Assembly: GCA_012295275.1 (NCBI GenBank)
Contig: CM022665.1
Span: 9,486,001-9,550,000 of the forward strand
DNA from: Chrysomallon squamiferum
Taxonomy: Eukaryota; Animalia; Mollusca
Reading direction: 5' to 3'
DNA length: 64,000 nt
The notes under the pieces were generated by a model. That model was not told where the DNA came from and did not search any database. It worked only from the letters and a program-made list of their open reading frames with translations. Positions 53,432 through 64,000 of this stretch are shown here, piece by piece. The position numbers and the translations under genes are program-made. How positions within the stretch are numbered: the first letter of the stretch is position 1; each line of letters opens with the position of its first letter.

Positions 53432-55346
53432 GAAATGTTTTGAAATACATTGCAAATAATTACAAAGTATAACGACTGCAACTTTTCAGCAGAGTTCAAA
53501 AACGATATTCAGGTATATGAAAATGCAGCTAGAGATCAAGACTACGTTTCACCCCAAAAAACAAATGTCAGGTACTGATCTGTCCTGAAAAATCGCTCTA
53601 CACTGAGAAACATACTGATGTTATAAACATTTACTAGTTTTTGTCTTTAAATACACCATCGTTCACAGATATGTACAGGCTATCAGTGAAAGAGCAAAGA
53701 GTGAATTAATTTATAAACAGGAATAGGCATCCAGCACATTTAATCTGAATTTAATCACTTTAATGGTATTTTATGAGCCTGCGTTCATTTGGTGTCAAGT
53801 TTTGAAGATAAATAATAATTTGTAGAAAATGTATATTATATATATTTGTAAATATCAGTTATTACACAAAGAGAAAATATTTATTATGCTCTTTTATAAA
53901 TTTAATATTAGTAATGAAAAGAAAACATTTAAACACGCTATTCGCATGTACACAGTTTTGTTTAAAACTCCGATAAAAATATCGAGGAGTATGAGACCAA
54001 TAACACCACCATAACTTTCACACACACACACACAACTGCGCGCGCGTGCGCTCTTTCAGGCAATATACTCAACTTTATTGCATAATAAATATCTTATTTT
54101 CTTTGTATCAAAATATAACTATTGTTTTATTATTTACCTATATATAATTACTTTGTTGCTGAAAGGATGTTTAGGTAATGTTTAGGAGAATTAGATTAGA
54201 ACATTCTAAAGGATTTATTGATTCAAAAAACAAAAACAAAAAAACATCATCATTATGATTATCAAAATCGTTGTCTTCATCACCATCATCATTATCGAAA
54301 TGGCTGTTTATATAAACTGATATTGTCTCACTAGCCCTTGTTTTATTTTTTATTTATTTTTATTTTTTAATAAGGTCCGAAAGTGAGGAATATTAAAGAG
54401 TTATAAAAAAAAAAAACTTAGGTAATCTATGATTATAAAGCTCATAAATGTATATTACATAATTTAAAATGTATTACGTATTTTCTTTGAAAAACGTTAT
54501 TTAAAGAAGATGTATGTATTTTCATATAATAGTTTACACCCGGGTGGATGTTAATTATGACACATATCGATATGATGTCCTTGACCACTGCGCTACTAAA
54601 TTATTTTCTATTGTACGTGAAAAAAAAAATATTCCATTTACTAGGACAATCAGCTTACTGAAGCGAGTCATAGAATACCCTAGTAATGAAAAGGCTATAA
54701 GAAAAAGCGTGATTGAACAGGTAACTGTATAAATACCTTAATACAGGTGCAGAGTTAATACGTTTGTACAAACTGCAGAACCAACCACTCATTAAGGAAG
54801 CCTGCAGAATAGTTTGGTGAGTACTCAGATTCTAAATTTTTTATTTTTATTTTTCCTTTCATAAGTATTACAGGGTGAATTTTAAAATATATTTGAGAGA
54901 ATAACGTATAACGCGTATTATACAAAACAATCGGTAAGCAGAAATCACTCATACGTAATGACAGATACTAACGATTTGATCTATGACAGTAAATAATATG
55001 TTTTCTCCATTATAAATAATAGTTTATTTATTATACTTTATTTTATGATTAAATGTATAATTTATTAGTATTATGCTTTGTTCGACGATTTGTGAACACA
55101 GTATAGTCTCATTTGGTTGTAAAAATAACAGAATGAAAATATATTTTAAAATAGCAGTTTCCAAAAAAATATTATTGTTACTAATCAGACTACTATTTGG
55201 TATCAGGGGATACTGCTAATTTTTAAAAATTCATTTGATTTTATATCAGTTTATTTTGTTATATTAATTTTATTTAAGTTTTGTTTTACTTATTTTTTTG
55301 TAACAGAAACGTCACTTCATAGTCACATCTTCATTTACATTTGGCC

Positions 55347-58300
55347 ATGCCGTTCCCGACGTCGCTGAAAGACCCAGCAACATGTCGAATATTTCTTTCT
55401 TCACCCTTCCGTGGCATGGAGGAAGAGAGACAGATTCTGATGTCCACGTTCATTCCTGAACTGTGTCATCTCTGTCAGGCCAAGGGGGTCAGTCTTGTGC
55501 CTGTGGACATGCGTTGGGGGATCACCGCCGAAGCAGCAGACAATGCTCAGGTGATCAGTATATGTCTTAAAGAGCTGGACAGAGTGGATATCTTTGTTGG
55601 ACTTTTCGCTCAGGTATGTCTTTTAAATAATACATTATTATTATTGTTGTTGTTGTTGTTGTTGTTAAAAAATAAATCTAGGAGGAGGGGCATTTTTGCA
55701 CACAATGAAGTGTATCCGTGTTCAGACGTACTCCGTGTATTAGAGAACTGAGGTAAAATAAAAATTATGCGTCTGTGTTAAAATTACTATATTAATAACA
55801 TATGCTTAAAACATAAAGAACACAGACTTTAACTGAAGAACATATATGAAAATATCTCAAATCACCCATTGTGGATGCAAACCCTTAATACTGATAGCTT
55901 AAATAAAAAAAAAAAAAAATAAAAAAATAAAATTAATAATAAAATAAAAATAAACCACCACAAAAACAATTATCCAATATTATTAAAAGCTAAATGTTTA
56001 TCATTAGTTGTCACTTCAGTAACACACAGTAAATGAACATCTACCGGTTAGGAAACCAAAAATAACATGTACAATTTACAAAGTTTCATGTTTAAGTTTA
56101 TCACACCTCAACAATAACAAAGGGTTATTACATTTTTTTCAGACAGCTGTATTTAATTACCTGTCACGTCACTCTTTGACATAATGTTTCAAAATTAATC
56201 ATGTGAAAAAATCTTCATTTGTTCACAAAACTGGAACTAAAGAATAATCTGTTAATTCGGCTAGTCAGTGAGTATTAACATGAATACAAATGCATATATT
56301 ATTTTCCTTCCTGCCTGCAGGACAATTCATACTTATACGTCATGCATATTTTAATCACTTAAAGCTGTTATGCTGTTATAACAAGTCAAATTTAGGCAAT
56401 TAGTTAACTATAGGTCTCTAGCAATTACACTGCAATCTAGTGAAATCCGGATTTTGTATTTTATTTCTGGATAAATATGTCGTTTCCTCTCTCCCTTTCA
56501 TATAAATAAAATAAATAAATAAAAATAAGAAAAGAAAAGAAAATAAGAAAAGAAAAAATAAAGAAAAAAAAGATGGAGAAAAAAGAGAAAAACAACAACA
56601 AAACAAACAAAAACAAATAACCCTCATCCCCCAAAAAACAAACAACAGTATAACAATAGTATCAGTGTTCATCCATATTATAATTTCACTTTGACAGCGC
56701 TATGGTTGGAATGGAATGCAAGACACAATGTTGCAAAAGAACTTCGACAATGCTGTTAAATCTTATCCATGGATTGACAAATTTCGGGATCGAAGTGTCA
56801 CGGAGGTGGAGTATATGCATGGATTTCTTAACAATCCCGGGTCTATACCAGCATGTTTTTTCTTCAGAGATAAGGTAAAATAATTATAGCCTTATTTAGA
56901 CTAAGTATACAGTAAATACAAAACTTACACAATGGTTATATGTAATAGATAATGGTTGTATACGTTATAACAATAACAACTGATGTTTTATTCTTATTAA
57001 TTATCACAGTATTATCTGATGACTTTGTATACGTAATGACCAACACAATATTTTTCTATTCATAATAGTTAATTACCATTATCTATCTAATGGATTTTAT
57101 AATGATTATAATTGCATGTAACGGTTGAAACAGTTATATTATCTATCTAATGGATTTTATAATGATTATAATTGCATGTAACGGTTGAAACAGTTATATT
57201 ATCTATGCAGTTTACGTATTCATTAAGACAGTACTGTATATGAAATTTACGTAATGGTTATAATGATGATATATGTTTGCAGTTCATGTAATGTTGTAAC
57301 AAAGCTGTGTATGAAATTTACGTATTGCGTAGCAAAGCTGTGTATGCAGTTTACGTATTGCTGTAGCAAAGCTGTTTATGCAGTTTACGTAATGTTGTAA
57401 CAAAGCTGTGTATGCAGTTTACGTATTGCTGTAGCAAAGCTGTTTATGCAGTTTACGTATTGCTGTAGCAAAGCTGTGTATGCAGTTTACGTATTGCTGT
57501 AGCAAAGCTGTTTATGCAGTTTACGTATTGCTGTAGCAAAGCTGTTTATGCAGTTTACGTATTGCGTAGCAAAGCTGTTTATGCAGTTTACGTATTGCTG
57601 TAGCAAAGCTGTGTATGCAGTTTACGTATTGCGTAGCAAAGCTGTTTATGCAGTTTACGTATTGCGTAGCAAAGCTGTGTATGCAGTTTACGTATTGCTG
57701 TAACAAAGCTGTTTATGCAGTTTACGTATTGCTGTAGCAAAGCTGTTTATGCAGTTTACGTATTGCTGTAGCAAAGCTGTTTATGCAGTTTACGTATTGC
57801 GTAGCAAAGCTGTGTATGCAGTTTACGTATTGCTGTAACAAAGCTGTGTATGCAGTTTATGCAATGGTTATAACAGTGGTTTGTGTACATTTACGTAGTT
57901 ATAACGGTGTTATGTACGCAGTATGCGTAATGGTTATAATAATGTGGTTTATGCAGTATAAATAATGATTATAAGAATAATATATATGCTGTAGTCGACA
58001 GTGTTATATAAGTATTAATTATCAGTATCATCTAACTGTTTTTATCACACAGTGCAGTGTATGGTTGTAACACATTCTATATGCAATATGTGTATGTAAT
58101 GATCGCAACAAAGGATATCATATAGGATATTCTATATATTGTAACAGACCTATGATGATAAACAGCTTCAGAATTTGGTAGAAGCTGGAGAGAAAGTCAC
58201 GGCGTACACAGTGGAAAACGAGATGAGTGCTAAGAAATTAGAAGCGCTGAGGAATAAAATTGCCAAATCAAAAGACAAAGTGATTTCTAAAAACATCTTT

Positions 58301-59912
58301 TATTCATATTTATTTAAGTATTCAGACAAACAAATATCTATGTCAGTTTAGTTTTAGAATATTTAGAACTAATTTACGAAATGATAGTAAAATAGGTGAC
58401 TGCTTTATTACTATTTTTCTTTCAGAATTCTTCTTATTTCGCAATTTCTCTAATAGTAATTACAATACAGTTAAAAACAGTCGATTACTTTTAATATTTC
58501 AGTTATCTTCGGTAGAAAAATAAAATATTTTATCAAATATTGTAAAGCTGATTATTTATTAATGCTTTTCCTTTTGGAGGAGCAAGCGTAGGAGTGTTTA
58601 TAAATGTCAAAAGTAATATTTGTATTTATCTTAATATTCGCTGAAATTGAGTTTGTTCAATGACTGAACTACATAATTTTCTGTCTACAGTGTTTGTCTT
58701 TGAATTTCAACTATAAGACTCCCAAAGAGGTTGGTGATTTGAATTTCTTTTGTATTATTTTGATTAATCTTTTGCAATACAATCAACAATCACTTACATA
58801 ATTTAGATATTATTCATTTTCAATTATATTACATTTTATCAATGCTGGTACAGTTGTATTATGTAATAATAATTTTATTACATTTAATGATCATCTGTCT
58901 TATGTATATTTGTTGTAAAACCTTTTATAATAATCAATGCAAAATAATATTATATGAAAAGAAAATAAAGATATGAGATAAATAAACGTAATAACTGTGT
59001 TGCTTTTCAGGGAGCTAAGCTGATATTTGATGCTATCTATAAACATCTGAACGACGTCCTGCTCAAAGATCCACCTAATATATCGAAGCGAGACGCAGAC
59101 TTGGCCCACCACGACGCCTTCATGGCCACCCGGAATTCACCGTTTGTTGGTAACGATAACAACCTCAGTGTCCTCACCAAAAGGCTACAGACAGGTTTGA
59201 AATTCTGTTTTAATAATGAATTTTACTTTTTTTCAGATATTACTGATCTTTTTAAACAAAATTTATTAAAAATTTTTTAAAGACCATTAATCTGTAAATG
59301 GTATGATTAGTTATACTGAATCTATCTACTGTATGATTTCCTGTTCTAACCGGAACTCCAAATCTGCTTTATCAAAGGCTGAGGTAGATACTTTCCTTTC
59401 AGTGGGAAAGTGCACATAAAATATTCCTTGCTGCTAACCAAAGCTGCAGCAAGTTTTCTCTCAGTCATATCATTCGTGTACACAAGTCCTATGCCTGATA
59501 CCCAACAAGTGTTAAATAAAATATGCTAATGGTATGATTAAGGAAATATTCATTGATCTGTTCAAGATAAATCGTCATTTCCATTTGTTTCTGCAAAAGC
59601 GCCATTAAAGATATTTATCGGCCCAATGTGTAAAACATCCTTACATAATTCATTTAACTGAATTATCTGCTTAAATTATAGCATCCTCCAAGCCATTGGT
59701 TGTAATAGGACCTGCAGGGAGTGGAAAGTCAGCGTTGTTATCGTCGTGGTTGTCGGAACTGAAGAAGAAACCCAAATGTCCTGTTTTACTGTACCACTTT
59801 GCTGGGGCTACAGCAGATAGTACATGTGAGTGTTTAGAAATGTGTAAATACTAATACAAATATACACAGTTACAGAAATGTTTCTATCAATAGAAAGTTT
59901 CTTCCGTGTATA

Positions 59913-59943
<31 letters not shown>

Positions 59944-60396
59944 TTTAAGATTGAATTTTATCAATTCTAATATGTATTTTACATTTTAGCAATAATTCCG
60001 ACATTACACAGATTAATTGGAGAACTTGAGGTTATTACTAATGGTTCCAAAGCCAAAGTTCAGAAAGATGAAGATTTGGAAACTCTTGGCCCAGGACTAA
60101 CATCAACTGATTGTGGAGAATTAGTACAGCAATTTAAAATTCTTCTTGAGAAGGCAAGTGACAAAAAGAAAGTTGTCTTTCTTCTCGATGGATTAGACAA
60201 AATGGAAACCCTTTCAAGAATTACAAAGGTATTCTGGCCAAATGTTTTGTAAAATTATGTTGATAATGAAAGAATTGATGGATGGCTTGATGGAAGAATG
60301 AATGGATGGATGGAGGAACTTATGAATGAATATTTGCATAATGACACCTCAACATAATTTTATTGTTAACAGTTATTAAGTGTTAATCTATGTACA

Positions 60397-60437
<41 letters not shown>

Positions 60438-62861
60438 CAACCTCATGAACGAAGAAACACGCTATCATCACAATTCCATTACATACTCTACTCTGTATGA
60501 TTAGCAGTAAGATATTTTCACATGCACCTTTCCATAGTCTTTAATGAAGTGGCTGGAGCAATAATAGCCCAATAGCGATTGTCGAAACAGTTTCAGTTTG
60601 ATCTTAGTTAGATCGAAATATTAATACATAACTTTTGTATTTCCTTCTGTGACTGTTTGAAAGCAATTTTCGTTTCAGAGTCTGTTTTGGCTGCCTGAGT
60701 CTTTTCCAAAGGGTGTCTTTGCTATTTTTTCATGTCGTCAAGACAGCACTGATAACATAGAAGAACTGACAAATGTTCGCCAGTATGACATCATTAAACT
60801 GAATCCACTGCCATCAGATGCCAGAAAAGAAATGTGTTTGGTAACTGAGAACTTTAATCTATTTTCAGACAAATAGATATTCTAATTCAAACAACTTATG
60901 CGTAATATTTATGTCATGATAAAATGTCAAGGTAACAGTGGAAATAATATTAATAATAATAATAATAAATGAAGCAGAAAAATTAGTTCAAACAGATAAA
61001 CAAGAAAAGAAAAAAAGATAAAAGAAAGAAAGAAAATTAATCTTCTTTTTGTGTATCCTTCTTCTAAAGAAGACTTTTTGTTATAGCACATACATGATTT
61101 AATCAGATTTCACAAAAACATTTATAATAGTAGTATATTTATGCATAAATAGTCAACTGTTATATTGCAGTATAGTTAAAATTAGACATTACTTCATATG
61201 TTAACAACCATTCACTTAATTATTCCAGAAATTCCTGAAAATGAATGGAAAAGAAATCTCCCCTGCTCAGGTGACAAAGATTATCGAAACACAGAAATCC
61301 GAAAATCCACTCTTCTTGAAAACAATTTTGTCTGTGAGTCTGTTGTCTGTTAAATGTCGTTACAGTTTCTTATTCAATATGACTTCTGCTCAGAACCTTC
61401 TTTAGTTATCAGTCTATTTGCTCAGTACCTAACTTAAGTTGCAAATGGGCAAAAATTTAACTCATTAATATCAGTAACTTGTTTCAGGAATGGAGATAGT
61501 TAAGCAGTAGAATTCTAATACCTGCTAGTACTACATGAGCGATGACCATAGTATTATTTATTAAATATATAGTGTGTTAGATATATACAGATCGAGAAAT
61601 GTTAGTAATAATTAAATAATTTTATGGGTACAACAACATTATTTACTAATTTAAGTAAATTAACTAAAATCTTTTATTCAGTTTTATACATTTTTATTCA
61701 GTTTATTACGTTTTGTAATTAAAAAAAAAAAAAAAAAAAAAAGTTTATTCTTCCTTTTGTTGATTTTGTTCATTCATCAATGATTAGATTCTGATGTAAA
61801 GATGTTGTTTTTAATTCAGTAATATATACTTTAAAAATTTGTTGTAATTTAAATTCTCATAAAGCAATATTTCTATTTGAACAACCTGTTTTGATACAGG
61901 GATTTCTTAATAATTATTCTATTAAATTTACTTACATTACAGGAACTGTGTAAATTTGGAACATTTCGTAAACTGGATGAACAAATTGCTTCTCTAGTAA
62001 AAGCAAAGGAGTGAGTTATAATAATATTTTTATTTTCAGATATAATATGAATCCATAGTAATGTGTGTGTGTGTGTGTATATATTTTAATAATATTAATT
62101 ACTATATGTATGGTTATTATTTTTTCTCTCTCTCTACCTCAGTCTTTTCTTTTCTTTTTCTGCATATACTGTTATAAGATTTAATATAATTGTATCATTC
62201 AGAGAGTTTATTATTTTTACAGTTGGACAAAATTATACATAGGCAAATATGTTCTATAAATGTAACATGTTTGTACATATCACTAATAAAGAATTATTCC
62301 AAACTTTCAATAATTATGGAGCTTAAGAATTAATAGTTATTACACAAAATAGAAAGTATGAAAAGAAATTTTATTTATAATGTAAAAAAAAGAAATAAAT
62401 AAATAAAATAAAATTATTAATTAAATACTGGTTATTCGGTAAATAAATTAGGTGATAACTGTAGACACAGTATTTGAATTAGTTTGATGCTATGGATTAA
62501 TAATATTATTATATAATATTTTTATGCTTTTGAAAAAACTCAACAACCATCTAAACCCCCCCCCCAAAAAGGCAAAAAACACAAACAAAAACACTTCGAT
62601 TATACAAATATATTGATACTGAATTTTACAAGGCACCATAGTTAAATGTCTTATTAGAAAATAATTGTATATAAATGTATTATTTTCTAGCACTGTGGAC
62701 CTTTTTAAACAGCTGTTGACTAGACTAGAAAATGATTATTGTGTGAAAGAAAGCAAAGATAATGTTGTCGAACAGGTATGTACATATTTATATATTTTTT
62801 TATTGTTTTTGTTTAGAAATGTTGTGAGAAACATGTCTGCATGTTATTGTATGTATACACA

Positions 62862-62894
<33 letters not shown>

Positions 62895-63544
62895 TATTCA
62901 GAACAGTTTATTCAGTAGTGAAGTAATAATGAATAATTGAAGTAATAGTAATAAGTAGTAAGCAGTTTAATAGTAGCAGTGATAGTAGCAGTAATAGTAG
63001 TAGTAGTTATGGTAACAGATATAAGTACTGTTAATAGTTGTAATAGTAGTAGTATTTATAGTAGCTGTAGTAGTAGTGGTGCTGGTGGTGATTAGTAGGA
63101 ACATTGTAACAGTTATAGAAGTGGTGGTGATGATGGTGGTGATTGTGGTGGTTGTGATGGACAAGGGCAAGCAATAGTAGGATGGTAGTAGTAGTTGTAG
63201 TAGCAATTGTAGTAGTAGTAGTAGTAATAGTAGTGACAACAGTGTTTATAGATGGATAGTAAAACTATTTCTTGTAGGATGAAAACAATTGATAGTATAA
63301 ACTGTATTATAATGTTTAATGTGTTTATATCAACAGGTGATGTGTTGTTTGTATCTGTCACACAAAGGTTTGTCAGAAGCAGAACTTAGAGCAATGTTTC
63401 ACATTCCATCCATTATTTGGTCACCTCTCTACTTTGCTATGTGCAACCTACTCACAGACAGCGGAGCATTAATGCAGTATGGTTCTTTTCTTTTCTTTTT
63501 TTTCTATTGTTATTGTTGTTTTTTGTACTTTACTGAAGGTTTGA

Positions 63545-63612
<68 letters not shown>

Positions 63613-63714
63613 ATAATAATAGCAGAAAGTTTTTTATAATTTATCTTTCAGGTTACAGTTTGATGAGATGAGACAAGCAATCGCTGAAAAATATCTCGCA
63701 TCAAAAAACGTCAG
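55347..63714 (+). CDS. DUF4062 + NACHT/STAND P-loop NTPase (TEP1/NPHP3/TTC41/NWD-like architecture); 5' part only, 13 exons, ~600 aa, continues beyond the window
   Basis: Exons: 55347-55613, 56698-56874, 58148-58279, 58691-58729, 59011-59194, 59682-59825, 59990-60228, 60679-60840, 61229-61333, 61943-62010, 62691-62775, 63337-63476, 63652-63714; phases consistent. DUF4062-type RIFLSSPFRGMEEER...VDMRWG...ICLKELDR..IFVGLFAQRYG...SVTEVEY; Walker A GPAGSGKS (59708-59731); Walker B VVFLLDGLD; WLP..FP; NPLFL; GLSEAEL. The GCC-ATG start has an in-frame TAG just upstream. The exact orthologue cannot be determined without the C-terminus. Confidence 0.88.
57078..57206. repeat. Exact 60-bp tandem duplication (~2.1 copies)
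   Basis: attatctatctaatggattttataatgattataattgcatgtaacggttgaaacagttat repeats with period 60. Confidence 0.9.
57296..57859. repeat. Minisatellite, 31-32 bp unit TGCAGTTTACGTATTGC(T)GTAGCAAAGCTGT(G/T)TA, ~17-18 copies, with degenerate copies on both flanks
   Basis: Directly visible head-to-tail tandem units with no unique spacers; lies in intron 2 of the NACHT gene. Confidence 0.93.
59368..59535 (+). mobile_element. Degenerate SINE-like element in intron 5 of the NACHT gene
   Basis: The core tgggaaagtgcacataaaatattccttgctgctaa recurs, diverged, at ~42698-42730 (+) and in reverse at ~60500-60533 and ~6953-6975. It resembles gastropod SINE cores I recall (not verified by search). Confidence 0.5.
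60290..60577 (-). mobile_element. Degenerate SINE-like element, reverse orientation, with (GAAT/GGAT)n tail and (GT)n insertion
   Basis: The reverse complement of ~60500-60533 (tggaaaggtgcatgtgaaaatatcttactgctaa) aligns with the core at ~59403-59437; simple-repeat tail at ~60280-60330. Confidence 0.45.
62935..63240. repeat. Degenerate (GTA/GTG)n trinucleotide low-complexity tract
   Basis: Visible; source of the spurious poly-T/Y/L ORFs on the - strand. Confidence 0.85.
63547..63611. repeat. (TC)n microsatellite, representative of many (CA)n, (TA)n, (TTA)n, (GATA)n and (TTTCA)n microsatellites in the window
   Basis: About 32 uninterrupted TC units. Others include (GATA)n ~833-870, (TTTCA)n/(TTTTA)n ~28668-28790, (TAA)n ~41426-41473, (CA)n ~42049-42095 and (GT)n ~60400-60435. 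Confidence 0.9.
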
Positions 63715-64000
63715 GTAATCTTATTACTGACATACTTATGAAATGCAAAATAATGTAATATTAAATGATGCAACAGAAATGGATGCAAGATTTCAGAATT
63801 CGTGGCATTGTTATTATTTTTGATGAAATCAGTTCAGTTAAATAGTTTAAAAACAACAACAGCAAAAAACATCCCAACAATAGTGCATCCTTTCTAGGAT
63901 TGTGTGTTATTTAATCTTAAAACAGCAAGTATTTATTATTATGTATTTGTTTCTTTGCTTATTTGTTTGTATCATTTGTTCAACTTTAAAATGTGGAGTA

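Noticed and set aside
57296-57859. Regular ~32-bp repeat array that could be taken for a CRISPR array
   Set aside because: Units are contiguous with no unique spacers, there are no cas genes, and the context is a eukaryotic intron. It is a minisatellite.
55347-63714. Assigning the symbol NPHP3, TEP1 or TTC41 to the NACHT gene
   Set aside because: It lacks the N-terminal myristoylation/coiled-coil region of NPHP3 and the TROVE domain of TEP1, and the C-terminal repeats are outside the window, so orthology cannot be called.

Overview
This is AT-rich, intron-dense animal genomic DNA, not prokaryotic. The microsatellite load and SINE-like remnants suggest an invertebrate, tentatively a gastropod mollusc (inference from recalled repeat similarity). 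Manual splicing with every junction phase-checked gives five genes. (1) The last exon of an unidentified + strand gene (150-314). (2) A complete 29-exon nephrocystin-1 (NPHP1) on the - strand (25970 to 4177, ~736 aa) with two GC-AG introns and several candidate frame-preserving microexons. (3) A complete 20-exon POMT2 on the + strand (26468-38110, ~779 aa), head-to-head with NPHP1 across ~0.5 kb. (4) A complete 17-exon adenylate kinase 7 (AK7, 43290-51606, ~709 aa) with a clear RFX X-box just upstream of its ATG. (5) The first 13 coding exons of a DUF4062 + NACHT/STAND NTPase gene (TEP1/NPHP3/TTC41-like) that runs off the window end. Non-coding features include a hAT/Charlie-type MITE with TIRs and TSD, degenerate SINE-like copies, a 31-32 bp minisatellite and two long perfect inverted repeats, each inside one of the GC-AG introns. 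No CRISPR array, rRNA or tRNA was found, and most ORF-track entries are microsatellite or AT-rich noise. I found no clear-cut new system. The best leads are the NPHP1 microexons, the hairpins in the GC-AG introns, and the STAND gene with a possible X-box and a spliced overlapping upstream ORF.
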